The translations under genes and the position numbers were made by a program. The notes beneath the pieces were generated by a model, which saw only the letters and a list, made by a program, of their open reading frames with translations, did no database searches and was not told where the DNA came from. Below are positions 1-10,504 of a DNA stretch of 64,000 nt, one piece after another. Source of the DNA: an uncultured delta proteobacterium (GTDB lineage: Bacteria > Desulfobacterota > BSN033 > UBA1163); contig CAWHBU010000003.1 in NCBI GenBank assembly GCA_963827685.1, positions 1,088,001 to 1,152,000 on the forward strand, written 5' to 3'. Every line of letters begins with the position of its first letter. The stretch's first letter is position 1.

Positions 1-558
1 CAGATCATTATAGGTTGCGGTCAAGGTATGTTTTGCCAGATCCCCTGGAATACCGAGGCTATCAGGAATACCGAAGGTGGTCGCACCGGAGCCTGCCTTG
101 ACCAGCAGACTATCAGCGTGGCCGTGGTAGCATCCTTCGAATTTGATTATTTTAACCTTCCCTGTGTAACCTCTTGCCACGCGAATCGCACTCATCACGG
201 CTTCGGTGCCAGAACTCACCATTCTCACCAATTCCATGGAGGGAAAGGCCGTCTTCACTTTAATGGCAAGTTCCACTTCCAGAGGAGTGGGGGCACCGTA
301 ACTCGTTCCCTTGGAGATAGCTTTTTTGAGCGCTGCCAGAACCTTCGGGTGGGCGTGCCCCAGGATCATGGGTCCCCACGACCCTACGTAATCAATATAT
401 TCATTGCCGTCCACATCGAAAATTTTCGATCCTATGGCCCGCTCAATGAAGCTGGGTGGAACGCCGATGGCCTTAAAGGCCCTGACCGGGCTGTTCACCC
501 CACCTGGAATGATCTCCCATGCTCGATGATAGAGTCCGATCGATTTTTTTCTGCTCAT
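1..558 (-). CDS. hemL: Glutamate-1-semialdehyde 2,1-aminomutase, 5' part (runs off window)
   Basis: Manual minus-strand translation [32 protein letters not shown]...[24 protein letters not shown]; missing from the ORF track, where the + ORF 28-735 is its shadow. Confidence 0.93.
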   Translation of the reverse strand, partial: MSRKKSIGLYHRAWEIIPGGVNSPVRAFKAIGVPPSFIERAIGSKIFDVDGNEYIDYVGSWGPMILGHAHPKVLAALKKAISKGTSYGAPTPLEVELAIKVKTAFPSMELVRMVSSGTEAVMSAIRVARGYTGKVKIIKFEGCYHGHADSLLVKAGSGATTFGIPDSLGIPGDLAKHTLTATYNDL

Positions 559-572
559 CTCCAATCTCCTCA

Positions 573-1334
573 TCATTCCTCGGCGGCCACTTCATTGCTG
601 AGAGTACCGATTCCTTCAATCACCACATCGATCTTATCGCCGATGGCCATCGGACCAATTCCAGAAGGCGTGCCCGTGGCGATCACATCCCCTGGCAGGA
701 GCGTCATCACACGTGAGATGAAACTCACCAGTTGACGAGGACCAAAGATGAGGTTCTTGGTATTGGAATGCTGACGTCTCTCTCCGTTCAGATAACTCGA
801 CACGTCCAAATGATGAGGGTCGATGTCCGTCACAATCCAAGGACCGATGGGAGCAAAGGTATCGAAACCTTTTGCCGTCGTCCACTGACCGTTCTGGGGC
901 TGCAGATCCCTGGCGGTCACATCGTTCAAACAGGTATATCCAAGGATATAATCAGCTGACCTTTCCTCCGAAACATTCTTTGCTGCTTTTCCAATCACCA
1001 CCGCCAACTCCGCTTCGTAATCCACCCTCTTAGACATCTTCGGGTAGATGATCGCTTCTCCCGGACCGATAACAGACGTGGAAGGTTTGAGAAAGAGAAG
1101 AGGTTCTTTAGGAATGACGAGCTTCATCTCTTCGGCATGATCCCGGTAGTTCAAACCCAAGGCAACAATCTTTGAAGGGAGACAGGGTGGCAGAAGTTTC
1201 ACCTCCCCCATTTTTTTCATCTTGGAGGTCAGATGAAAATGGCTAAACGGATCTCCATCCATTTCACGAACAGAATCTCCCTCGATCACTCCCCAATTGA
1301 TTTTGGACTCGGCTTCATATCTGATGATCTTCAT
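573..1334 (-). CDS. Fumarylacetoacetate hydrolase family protein
   Basis: [51 protein letters not shown] motifs. Confidence 0.92.
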   Translation of the reverse strand: MKIIRYEAESKINWGVIEGDSVREMDGDPFSHFHLTSKMKKMGEVKLLPPCLPSKIVALGLNYRDHAEEMKLVIPKEPLLFLKPSTSVIGPGEAIIYPKMSKRVDYEAELAVVIGKAAKNVSEERSADYILGYTCLNDVTARDLQPQNGQWTTAKGFDTFAPIGPWIVTDIDPHHLDVSSYLNGERRQHSNTKNLIFGPRQLVSFISRVMTLLPGDVIATGTPSGIGPMAIGDKIDVVIEGIGTLSNEVAAEE

Positions 1335-1547
1335 CCTGATCTCCTATTGGAAAAAGAAAATATTAAATGGCAAATTCCAAATGAATGTCACCCTTGAACC
1401 TTGGCCTGATGGAGATCAGGCTTGTTTCAGGGTCTGGTTTTTAGAGATGCTGAAATAAATTCAGCATGACTTTTTAAGAATTTGAACTTTGCCTGCCTGC
1501 CGAGGCCTCGGCACAGGCAGGGATTTTGGCATTTGACATTTTGGGGG

Positions 1548-2351
1548 TTACTTCAATCCCAACACATCCTGCATATCGTAAAGCCCATTGGGCTGATTCA
1601 CCACCCAGAGGGCTGCCCTGATTGCCCCACGGGCAAAATTATCTCGGCTGTGCGCGCGGTGGATAATCTCTAATCGTTCACCAATCCCTCCGAAGAGCAC
1701 AGTGTGTTCTCCTACAATATCCCCTGCCCGAATCACCTGCATCCCGATCTCTTCTTTTGTCCTCTCGCCCACCATCCCTTTTCTGCCATAGACTCCTACC
1801 TGGCTGAAATTTCTTCCCACGGCTTGGGCAACCAACTCTCCCAATTTCACGGCCGTGCCGCTGGGAGAATCCTTCTTCAGCCGATGATGAGCCTCAAAAA
1901 TTTCTATGTCATACTCCGAACCCAATACCTGAGCAACCTCTTGAACAATCCTGAACATGACATTCACCCCTACACTCATATTGGGCGAAAAAACACACCG
2001 GACGCTTTTCGCAAGATCCTTGATCCTCTCAATCTGCTCCAGACTTAAACCGGTTGTGCCAATGACCACGGCTAAACCCGTTTCTTTAGCACACTCCAAA
2101 CTCTCTATGGAAGTTTTGGGATTGGTAAAGTTAATGATCACATCCCCTCCCACCTTCTTCAAATCCCCTTCCAGGGGGATATTCATTTTCCCCAATCCGA
2201 TGACTTCTCCAATATCTTTCCCAATGGACGGATGATCTGATCTCTCGATGGCCTGGTGGAGGGCAATCGAAGGGGTTTCGTTAATGATATGAATAATGCG
2301 GCTCCCCATTTTCCCGGCTGCGCCAACAACAATGGCCTTGATCTCTTTCAT
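1548..2351 (-). CDS. dapB: 4-hydroxy-tetrahydrodipicolinate reductase
   Basis: GAAGKMG, VIGTTG, EAHHRLKKDSPSGTA; start taken at MKEIK, overlapping the dapF stop. Confidence 0.96.
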   Translation of the reverse strand: MKEIKAIVVGAAGKMGSRIIHIINETPSIALHQAIERSDHPSIGKDIGEVIGLGKMNIPLEGDLKKVGGDVIINFTNPKTSIESLECAKETGLAVVIGTTGLSLEQIERIKDLAKSVRCVFSPNMSVGVNVMFRIVQEVAQVLGSEYDIEIFEAHHRLKKDSPSGTAVKLGELVAQAVGRNFSQVGVYGRKGMVGERTKEEIGMQVIRAGDIVGEHTVLFGGIGERLEIIHRAHSRDNFARGAIRAALWVVNQPNGLYDMQDVLGLK

Positions 2352-3172
2352 TGATAGGCCTCCTCCCACATCTCCGCCTCATAGATGATGTGGACATCTC
2401 CCTCAAAAAAAACTCTTTTTACCTCCCCGGCTTCGATCTCGAAATAAACCGCCAATACCTCGCCGCCCCTGGTCTTAATCGATACTGGAGATTTTACCAG
2501 CCCCTTGAAGGCAGCAATCAATGCCGAGGCAACCGCCCCTGTGCCGCAGGCAAGGGTCTCGTCCTCCACTCCCCGTTCATAGGTACGGACGGATAATTGA
2601 GAACCCTTCTCAAACTGGACAAAATCTGCATTGGTTCCACTCGGTGAAAAAAAAGAATGATACCGAATCCCCCTTCCAATTCGAATGATATCCAACTCTT
2701 CAAGATTTTCTACAAAAAGAACGGCATGGGGAACGCCTGTGTTAAGGCATGAAAAAATCTTTTCCTCTCCATCGATGAGTATGGTTTCATCGAGTTTTAG
2801 ACCAAAGGGTTTAGTCATCTCAAGTTTCACTTTTTTCCCATCCACCTGGGCAGAAAGGATCCCGGCTAATGTTTCAAATTTCAAAGAGGGACCTGCGATC
2901 CCCTTTAAATAGGCAAAACGGGCAGCACAACGACCGCCGTTACCGCACATTTCTGGTTCACTTCCATCCGCATTATAGAAACGCCACTTGAAATCGGCTT
3001 TCTTGGATCGCTCGATCAGGATGAGACCATCGGCCCCCACAGAGATTCTTCTTTGACAGACTTTTCGGACGAGGTCTTTCAGACCATCCTCTTTCAGAAA
3101 GGGTTCCCGATAATCGATGAGGATAAAGTCATTACCACTTCCGCTCATCTTCATAAAAGGAATTCTTTTCAA
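2348..3172 (-). CDS. dapF: Diaminopimelate epimerase
   Basis: KMSGSGNDF, NADGSEPEMCGNG, ERGVEDETLACGTG. Confidence 0.97.
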   Translation of the reverse strand: MKRIPFMKMSGSGNDFILIDYREPFLKEDGLKDLVRKVCQRRISVGADGLILIERSKKADFKWRFYNADGSEPEMCGNGGRCAARFAYLKGIAGPSLKFETLAGILSAQVDGKKVKLEMTKPFGLKLDETILIDGEEKIFSCLNTGVPHAVLFVENLEELDIIRIGRGIRYHSFFSPSGTNADFVQFEKGSQLSVRTYERGVEDETLACGTGAVASALIAAFKGLVKSPVSIKTRGGEVLAVYFEIEAGEVKRVFFEGDVHIIYEAEMWEEAYQ

Positions 3173-3378
3173 CCGTTAACCTCCGTCTGTAGAGACTTGG
3201 TTCAAATCAAGATACTCGATCAATATAATCATTGAGCAATAAATCCCAAATCTCAAATCCCAAATTCCAAATAATGTTTCAATAACCAAATCCCCATCAC
3301 CAAAACTTTTGGAAATTGATGATTGGAGCTTATTTGGGATTTGTTGTTTGGAATTTGGTGCTTATTCACGACAAATCC

Positions 3379-4641
3379 TTATGGACGAGTCAGAAACTCC
3401 GGAATCTTCTCTCCCCGAACAAGATCCTCATACCCTTCTCTCTGGCGGATGACAAACATCTGATCATCCCGAACCAGAACCTCAGCGATCCTGGGCCTTG
3501 AGTTGTAATTCGTGGACATGGAAAACCCATAGGCACCCGCACTCATCAGGGCAATCAGTTCACCGGCACGGAGATTTGGGATCTTTCGCCCCTTTGCTAA
3601 AAAGTCACTCGACTCGCAAATGGGACCCACGACATCAGCCACGATCTCCTCCCGGGCTTCCTCCTTTACAGGAAGGATCTGGTGGTAGGAGCCGTAATAA
3701 CTGGGTCGGACCAGATCGTTCATGCCTGCATCCACGATCACGAACCGTTTTTCTTCATTCTCTTTTCTGTAGAGAACTTTTGAGACCAAGATCCCTGCAT
3801 TCCCGACAATGACCCGACCTGGCTCCAGGATAAGGGTACAGCCGAATCCACGGATTTCTTCAAGGATGGTGGAGGCGTATTCTACGGGATGGGGAGGCTC
3901 TTCATCCTCATAAGTGATCCCGAGGCCCCCTCCCAAATCCAGATATTGAATCTCTATGCCTTCCTTCCTCAAGTTTTCGACCAGTTGTTTGAGTTTTTTC
4001 AAAGCCTCGATAACGGGCTCAACCTCGACCAATTGGGATCCGATATGACAATCAATTCCCAAAATCTTGAGATTTGGCAATTGGGAGGCAAGACGGTAAG
4101 CCATTGGTGCGCGAAGGATGTCAATCCCAAATTTAGTCTGTTTCAACCCGGTCGAGATATAGGGGTGTGTCTTGGCATCGATGTCAGGGTTGACCCGGAT
4201 GGCGATCGCCGCTTTTTTGCCAATTCGGCCTGCCACCTCGTTGATCACCTGAAGTTCCTGAGAAGATTCCACATTGAACATGAGGATACCCGTTTTCAAG
4301 GCATATTCTATTTCATCCTCTCTTTTCCCAACCCCTGAATAGACAATCTTTTGTGGAACCGCTCCACCTTTGAGGGCCCGGTAGAGTTCCCCTCCGGAGA
4401 CCACATCCACTCCTCCGCCCAAGTTGACGAAGAGACGGAGAAGGGCCAGATTGGAATTGGCCTTCGCAGAATAACAAATGAGATGAGCCATCCCTTTGAA
4501 GGCCTCATCGAAAACGGTGAAATGTCTGACTAAAGTTTGATAACTGTAAAGATAGAAAGGGGTACCCACTTTTTCAGCAATTTGCTGAATAGGAATCCCC
4601 TCACAGTGAAGCTGATGATTCCTATATTCAAAGAAATGCAT
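3379..4641 (-). CDS. lysA: Diaminopimelate decarboxylase
   Basis: YSAKAN, HIGSQ, DLGGG, EPGR, GPICESSD, SMSTNYNSRP. Confidence 0.97.
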   Translation of the reverse strand: MHFFEYRNHQLHCEGIPIQQIAEKVGTPFYLYSYQTLVRHFTVFDEAFKGMAHLICYSAKANSNLALLRLFVNLGGGVDVVSGGELYRALKGGAVPQKIVYSGVGKREDEIEYALKTGILMFNVESSQELQVINEVAGRIGKKAAIAIRVNPDIDAKTHPYISTGLKQTKFGIDILRAPMAYRLASQLPNLKILGIDCHIGSQLVEVEPVIEALKKLKQLVENLRKEGIEIQYLDLGGGLGITYEDEEPPHPVEYASTILEEIRGFGCTLILEPGRVIVGNAGILVSKVLYRKENEEKRFVIVDAGMNDLVRPSYYGSYHQILPVKEEAREEIVADVVGPICESSDFLAKGRKIPNLRAGELIALMSAGAYGFSMSTNYNSRPRIAEVLVRDDQMFVIRQREGYEDLVRGEKIPEFLTRP

Positions 4642-4759
4642 CCCTTCCTCCAATTGCGGAATGCAGAATGCGGAATGCGGATTGGAACATAGAAGAGTTA
4701 AATCTAAGAAATTGGTTCTTAATTTTTTTCGTTCCGAACTCCGAATTCCGAAATCCGCA

Positions 4760-5797
4760 TTAATATTGGTACCTCACCCTCACCTCTTCGGAGGGTGCAC
4801 TTTCATTTCTTCGCGAAGAATTATCCACTGCTTTAACAGCATATTCATAATCTTGCCCTAACTCGACATGGGTATCAAGATAGGTCTCTTTGGTCAGGGG
4901 ACTCTCGTTCAACCTCTCAAATTGTTGCTCCCCGGGTTTCCTTCGATAGACGTTATACCCAAGAAGGTCGGGCTCGGGATTCCTCCTCCAACTTAATTCG
5001 ATCCCTTCCTTAAGAGGAATTGCCACGAATCCAACAGGAGCACGCGGTGGAGTGATCTTGATCGGAGTTACGGGTAACCCCGGGGATCCCTTTCCCTCTA
5101 CATCGGTCTTGACCACCCTTTTTACTGCCCTCACCGAATAAAGATATTTGATTTCGTTCTGCACACTCAAATCGGTATACTCGGTTACTTTTAGTGGTTC
5201 TCTATTCAATGGATTGAGGGGGAACTCCTCTTCTCCTTCTTTTTTCCTATAAACATCATAGCCTGTAGCCCCCTCCGCAGACTCCCAAAAGAGATCCACT
5301 TTCTTATCCCCGCGCTCCGCCCTTACCATTGTTGGTGAAGCAGGAGGATGATCCCAGTAGACGGTGACCGGATTCGAAGGAGAGCTCGGGTCACCTCTTT
5401 GATTGATTGAAACAACCTCATAGACATAAACCTTTCTTGCCTCTTGATCTTCGAATAAAATGGCCATTCTTTTCTTCTTGGCCTCTTCTTGACTACCCAG
5501 CTTCATCTCATGGATAACCTTCGTCTTCTCTCCGCACCCTCTGCATTCATCTCCAATGAGAACGCCTTCCGACCTTAAAATCTGAAATCTTACTAAGTCG
5601 GTAAGAGGCGAGTTGTCTGTATTTTCTTTAGGAACTGTCCATTCTAAAAGAAGACGACCTTCTCTTGGGATACCCTGAAGATCAACAATTCTTTTAGGAA
5701 CGATCGAGTCCCAAGGCACAGGGGGGCCCTTCTTCGCACAACCACCCACCACCATTATAAAGAGCGTCATCAGTACAGTCTTTTTTATGATACTCAT
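4760..5797 (-). CDS. Lipoprotein with fibronectin type III repeats
   Basis: Lipobox VGGC followed by AKKGPP; FN3-like W...YxVYR...YxYxVxAV repeats. Confidence 0.75.
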   Translation of the reverse strand: MSIIKKTVLMTLFIMVVGGCAKKGPPVPWDSIVPKRIVDLQGIPREGRLLLEWTVPKENTDNSPLTDLVRFQILRSEGVLIGDECRGCGEKTKVIHEMKLGSQEEAKKKRMAILFEDQEARKVYVYEVVSINQRGDPSSPSNPVTVYWDHPPASPTMVRAERGDKKVDLFWESAEGATGYDVYRKKEGEEEFPLNPLNREPLKVTEYTDLSVQNEIKYLYSVRAVKRVVKTDVEGKGSPGLPVTPIKITPPRAPVGFVAIPLKEGIELSWRRNPEPDLLGYNVYRRKPGEQQFERLNESPLTKETYLDTHVELGQDYEYAVKAVDNSSRRNESAPSEEVRVRYQY

Positions 5798-5918
5798 CTT
5801 TGTTTATCCTTAATTGGCGAATGATGAGGCTAAGGCTTAGGTTAAGGTTAAGGATCTTTAAAACCGATTCTAAGCTTTCATTGTTTTTGTGTTCTCAACC
5901 TAAACCTCAACCTTAACC

Positions 5919-6641
5919 CTATTTTTCTGATTTTCGCGGTCCGAAGATTGCTGTCCCGACTCGAACATAAGTGGCTCCTTCCTCAATAGCGATCTCAAAG
6001 TCATTGGACATTCCCATAGAGAGTTCCTTCATTGAAATCCCTTCCTTGGCCATCCTTTCCTTCAATTCTCGAAGGGCAATATAATAAGGCCGACCCATTT
6101 CTGGCGAATCGAAATAGGGTGGCATGGTCATCAGTCCTTCTAAGGAGAGATGTTTAAGGCCTCGAATCCTCCTACCGAGATTCAACACCCTCTGCTCATC
6201 TGTCCCAAATTTAGTGGCTTCCTTGGACAGATTTACTTCAATCATTACTCTGATCACCTGATCCGCCTGCTCAGCCCTCCGATTCAATTCCTCAGCCAGG
6301 GGAACGCTGTCTAAACAGTGTATCATATCGAAGAGACGAATGGCATATTTTGCCTTATTCGACTGAAGGTGGCCGATGAAGTGCCAGGATACGGGCCTGC
6401 CTTCGCCGAAACGCTCCGTGCAGGCAGGTCGCCCAATCTCTTCAATCTTTTTTTGTGCCTCCTGGACATAATTTTCGCCCAGGATAGAGGCCCCCGCCTC
6501 AATGGCCTCCTTGATTCGAGCAACCTCCACCGTCTTGGAGACTGCAACCAATTTGATCGTGTTCGGATCTCTCCCTGCTTTTCGAGCAGCCTTCTCTATT
6601 CTCTCCTTCACTCTTAATAAATTCTCTTTAATAGCTGACAT
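5919..6641 (-). CDS. yggS: PLP homeostasis protein YggS/PLPBP
   Basis: LVAVSK, GENYVQE, WHFIGHLQSNK, LSMGMSND, VRVGTAIFG. Confidence 0.96.
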   Translation of the reverse strand: MSAIKENLLRVKERIEKAARKAGRDPNTIKLVAVSKTVEVARIKEAIEAGASILGENYVQEAQKKIEEIGRPACTERFGEGRPVSWHFIGHLQSNKAKYAIRLFDMIHCLDSVPLAEELNRRAEQADQVIRVMIEVNLSKEATKFGTDEQRVLNLGRRIRGLKHLSLEGLMTMPPYFDSPEMGRPYYIALRELKERMAKEGISMKELSMGMSNDFEIAIEEGATYVRVGTAIFGPRKSEK

Positions 6642-6689
6642 TGTAAAAAATCACGAATACAAAACGACGGTATGATGTAGCGTCGGCAT

Positions 6690-7358
6690 TCATTGCCGAC
6701 GGGTTCTCTCGCCCTCAATTAATGAGGGCGCTACATTTTTCTGATCTGAGATATTTTCAGCCATCAGCCATTTGCCGTCTGCGATTCTGATGGCGCCCAG
6801 ACGACTGAGCATCTGAATCAATTCACACAGGGGAAGACCTACGACATTGGTATAGGACCCCCGGATCGACTCGATCATAAAAGAACCAATCCCCTGAATG
6901 GCGTATCCTCCTGCTTTATCAAAGGACTCCCCCGTCTGCACATACCATTCTATCTCTTCAGGAGTCAGGCTCTTCACTTTTACCGCCGTTTGAACTGTTT
7001 CTTGATCGCTCTTCCTTTTTTCAAAATGGCATACAGAAAACCCGGTCAATACCCAATGCTCTTGACCACTAAGGCGACGCAGCATTCCAATCGCCTCTTC
7101 TTGGTCTTTCGGTTTTCCCAAAATGGACCCATTAATATAAACAATGGTGTCCGCAGCAATCACCCAGCAATCAGGGTATCCATTCGCTACATCTCTGACT
7201 TTGGCCTCAGCTAATCGAATGACATGCTCTTGAGGGGATTCTGTTTGAACAAAATTCTCTGTCACCCTGCTTGGGACCACCTCGAAATCAAAACCCACTT
7301 GTTTTAGCAATTCATATCGACGGGGAGACTTAGAGGCCAGAATGAACCGGTTATTCAT
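6690..7358 (-). CDS. maf: Maf family nucleoside triphosphate pyrophosphatase
   Basis: ILASKSPRRYELL, AADTIV, LGKP, DKAGGYAIQG, NVVGLP. Confidence 0.95.
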   Translation of the reverse strand: MNNRFILASKSPRRYELLKQVGFDFEVVPSRVTENFVQTESPQEHVIRLAEAKVRDVANGYPDCWVIAADTIVYINGSILGKPKDQEEAIGMLRRLSGQEHWVLTGFSVCHFEKRKSDQETVQTAVKVKSLTPEEIEWYVQTGESFDKAGGYAIQGIGSFMIESIRGSYTNVVGLPLCELIQMLSRLGAIRIADGKWLMAENISDQKNVAPSLIEGERTRRQ

Positions 7359-7838
7359 TTTTTAAAAACTAAATGAATCCAATAGGTTTGTCAAGTTTGA
7401 AATGGAGGGTCCCTTTTTCACTGTAATCCTTCATGACGGGTTCGTCACCCACAAACAATGAAAATCCCCCTCAATCCCCCTTTTGCCTGTCTTTGACAGG
7501 AAAAAGATTACAAAGGGGGAGGTTACTCCTCCCTTTCATAAAGGGAGGCGCCGCCGTCCAGAGCCTCATTACTCACGTAAGTGAGGCATTGGGACTCTGG
7601 CGCCGGACGGCTGGGAGGAATTTAAGAAAGCTATTTTCTGAGCAATTGCCTTTTGTCCGTCATTCCTGCGGAAGCAGGAATCCAGATACTAAATTTGTGG
7701 ATGCCCGCTTTCGCGAGCATGACAAAGCTGAGATTGGTTCGTCCTTTCTCCCTTTACATTCATCATCTGATAGGCATACTAAAGCGAACGCCTAAAGGAA
7801 AGGAATCTTTCTAATCCCAAAAGGGGACAGAAAAATAC

Positions 7839-8762
7839 TTAGTAGTTTACTTTGTCTATCCCTTTCAGACCAAGAATCTTTCTTGCTTCGTCGGGAGTTA
7901 CCGGTTCAACGCCAAACTCTTTGGCAATTCGAACCATCTTCGCCACTTGTTCGGCATTACTCTTTGCCATCACCCCCTTCTCTAAATAGAGGTTGTCTTC
8001 CAGTCCGACGCGGCAGTTTCCGCCGACGAGCAATGATTGAGTGCATATTGGAAACTGGGCGCGACCTGCAACACAAACCGAGAATACGAAATCGCCAATC
8101 TGTCTGCGGGCGTAGTCAATAAGGAACAACAGATTTTCCGGGCTGGGGGTGATTCCTCCCAGAACTCCCATGACGAATTGGATGTAAACAGGCTTTTTAA
8201 TGTAGCCGGCCTGAATCATGAAAGCAACGTTGTTCACCATTCCGGCATCGTACATTTCAAGCTCCGGCTTTGTCCCGCACTCGTTAAATATGGCGCAGTA
8301 CTCTCTCATCGATTTGAACGTATTTGGGAAAATGGAATCTTCACTCTTTGTCAGGCGCTCTTTTTCCCATTCGAACTTCCATCCTTTATATCGCGAAATT
8401 AACGGGAATAAAGCAAAATTGATGGAGCCGGCATTCAATGAAGCGAGCTCCGGCTGATAAAGCTTCACGGGCACTACGCGCTGCTCTACGGTCATTCCCG
8501 CTGAGCCGCCGGTGCTAATGCAAATGACTACATTACAGCGGCTTTTGATGCTTGTGATGATCTCTTTGAAAAGGTTAAGGTCAAAAGAGGGCTCTCCTGT
8601 TTTGGGATTCCGGGCATGGACGTGACAAACCGCCGCTCCGGCTTCGTACGCCCGGATTGCTTCATCGGCAATCTCTTTAGGCGTGATGGGGAGATAAGAT
8701 GACATGGTTGGCGTGTGAATGCTTCCCGTAATGGCCGCAGTAATAATGACCTTATCCTTCAT
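7839..8762 (-). CDS. Beta-keto acid cleavage enzyme (3-keto-5-aminohexanoate cleavage family)
   Basis: IITAAITG, CHVHAR, ISTGG, PELE, RVGLEDN. Confidence 0.92.
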   Translation of the reverse strand: MKDKVIITAAITGSIHTPTMSSYLPITPKEIADEAIRAYEAGAAVCHVHARNPKTGEPSFDLNLFKEIITSIKSRCNVVICISTGGSAGMTVEQRVVPVKLYQPELASLNAGSINFALFPLISRYKGWKFEWEKERLTKSEDSIFPNTFKSMREYCAIFNECGTKPELEMYDAGMVNNVAFMIQAGYIKKPVYIQFVMGVLGGITPSPENLLFLIDYARRQIGDFVFSVCVAGRAQFPICTQSLLVGGNCRVGLEDNLYLEKGVMAKSNAEQVAKMVRIAKEFGVEPVTPDEARKILGLKGIDKVNY

Positions 8763-8848
8763 ACGGTTTAGCTCCTTTCATTCTATTCATTGATTTTCAG
8801 GCCTCGAGCCCGGTTGCACTGGAGATCTAACGTAGGTAGATAATACCT

Positions 8849-9775
8849 TTATTTTTTCGGATTCAAGAAGTCAGGCCGGAGAAACTCCGGATTCGGATAC
8901 GTATAGAATCCCTTCCCAGTCTTTATACCCAATTCACCTTTCCTTATCTTTTTCATCAGTGCCTCAGGCGGCTTATCTTTGGAATCTTTCGATTCGTTGT
9001 AATAGACCATTTCGATGTTATAGACGGTATCCAAACCAACTGAATCCATCATCCCAAAAGGCCCAACGTTCCGTCCTGTAAAGACACACCAGGCCCGATC
9101 GATATCCCGGAAATCAACAAAATCATTGGCCCACATAAACAGACATTGTTTTTTAATTGCCCTCCAGACGCTGTTGAAGCAGAAGCCAAGGATTTCCTTT
9201 TTTACCCTCAGTGGAATACACCCCAGTGAACGAATCCATTCTTCAGCTTTTTGCATCACCTCGGGAAGGGTCCTTGTGCCAGGCATGAGATCCGTAATGT
9301 TTGTTCCTCCCAAGGGATAATAAAAGTGGGTGTTGATGCACCTCTCCGGTCTGCCGCTGCTTTGTTCCATCCTTGATATGGGGAGAGAAGAGCTATTCGA
9401 GGCTAAGATTGCCTTAGCCGGTGCATTCTTCCCCAATTGTTTGAAGACTTTGCGTTTTACTTCCAAGTCTTCCGTGATCGCTTCCACAACCAAATCAACA
9501 TCTCTAAGCGCATCGCCGAGATGAGTTGTAAAGTTTATGGCGGCCTTACACTTCTCCCACTGATCCCAAGGAACAAAGGGCTTGATCCCTTTTGCCCTGA
9601 AATCTGCATAAAGTTTCTGATAGGTGTCATCAAAGGCACCATCTCTGATGTCATAGACGCTAACGTTATAGCCTGCGTATGCTGATAGCATTGAAATCTG
9701 CGTACCCAAGAGGCCGGTGCCAATCACGGCCACTCTTTTGATCTTTTCAGTCATAAACCTCTCCTTATTTATCAT
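8849..9775 (-). CDS. 3-hydroxyacyl-CoA dehydrogenase family protein
   Basis: GTGLLG Rossmann motif, EAITEDLEVK, SNSSS, GPFGMMDSVGLD, GIKTGKGFY. Confidence 0.9.
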   Translation of the reverse strand: MINKERFMTEKIKRVAVIGTGLLGTQISMLSAYAGYNVSVYDIRDGAFDDTYQKLYADFRAKGIKPFVPWDQWEKCKAAINFTTHLGDALRDVDLVVEAITEDLEVKRKVFKQLGKNAPAKAILASNSSSLPISRMEQSSGRPERCINTHFYYPLGGTNITDLMPGTRTLPEVMQKAEEWIRSLGCIPLRVKKEILGFCFNSVWRAIKKQCLFMWANDFVDFRDIDRAWCVFTGRNVGPFGMMDSVGLDTVYNIEMVYYNESKDSKDKPPEALMKKIRKGELGIKTGKGFYTYPNPEFLRPDFLNPKK

Positions 9776-10015
9776 TTATCTGAGAAAAAGAGCAGAAGCC
9801 TGGAAGCCCGCCATCCCCTCCAGAACCGTTCTATGACAACTTCTGATCACTCTCTGTCAACTCGTCTCGGATTCCCAGTCTCTCTAAAGGGGACGGCTAC
9901 TTTGTCCGTCGGGATTATAACAGGCTTATCTGCAAAGGGGAAGGACAAGATCCTTGACACCGCCTGAGGTTGACTCCAAGGTTCAAATCTGATACTTAAA
10001 TAGAAAGGGCATTGA

Positions 10016-10504
10016 ATGAAACAAAAAATCAAGGCACGAAAAGAGCTTCTTGGAATTATTAACGACCTCAAGGCAGAAGGAAAACGGGTTGTCTTCACCA
10101 ATGGTTGTTTTGACCTGCTCCACATCGGTCATATCCGCTATCTTGAAGAAGCCAAAGCCCTCGGAGATGTCCTGGTCGTAGGGGTCAACAGCGACGCTTC
10201 AGTCCGAAAACTGAAAGGCCCAAAAAGACCTGTTCTCCCCGAAGCAGAGAGGGCAGAAATTCTTTCCGGCCTCGGGTGTGTCGATTATATTACCCTCTTT
10301 GATGAAATGGATCCATTGAAACTCATCACCTCCCTCCAGCCCAATGTACTGGTCAAGGGAGGGGATTGGACAAAAGAACAAATTGTGGGAAAGGAAGTGG
10401 TAGAAAGGTCAGGAGGGGAAGTGGTCATCATTCCTTTCGTCAAAGGGGCTTCTACCTCAACCCTTATCGAAACCATCTTGAAAAAATATGAAAAAAGGAC
10501 CTGA
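10016..10504 (+). CDS. rfaE2: D-glycero-beta-D-manno-heptose 1-phosphate adenylyltransferase
   Basis: [32 protein letters not shown]. Confidence 0.94.
   Translation: MKQKIKARKELLGIINDLKAEGKRVVFTNGCFDLLHIGHIRYLEEAKALGDVLVVGVNSDASVRKLKGPKRPVLPEAERAEILSGLGCVDYITLFDEMDPLKLITSLQPNVLVKGGDWTKEQIVGKEVVERSGGEVVIIPFVKGASTSTLIETILKKYEKRT

Noticed and set aside
28-735. 235-aa plus-strand ORF
   Set aside because: Antisense shadow of hemL and the FAH-family gene.
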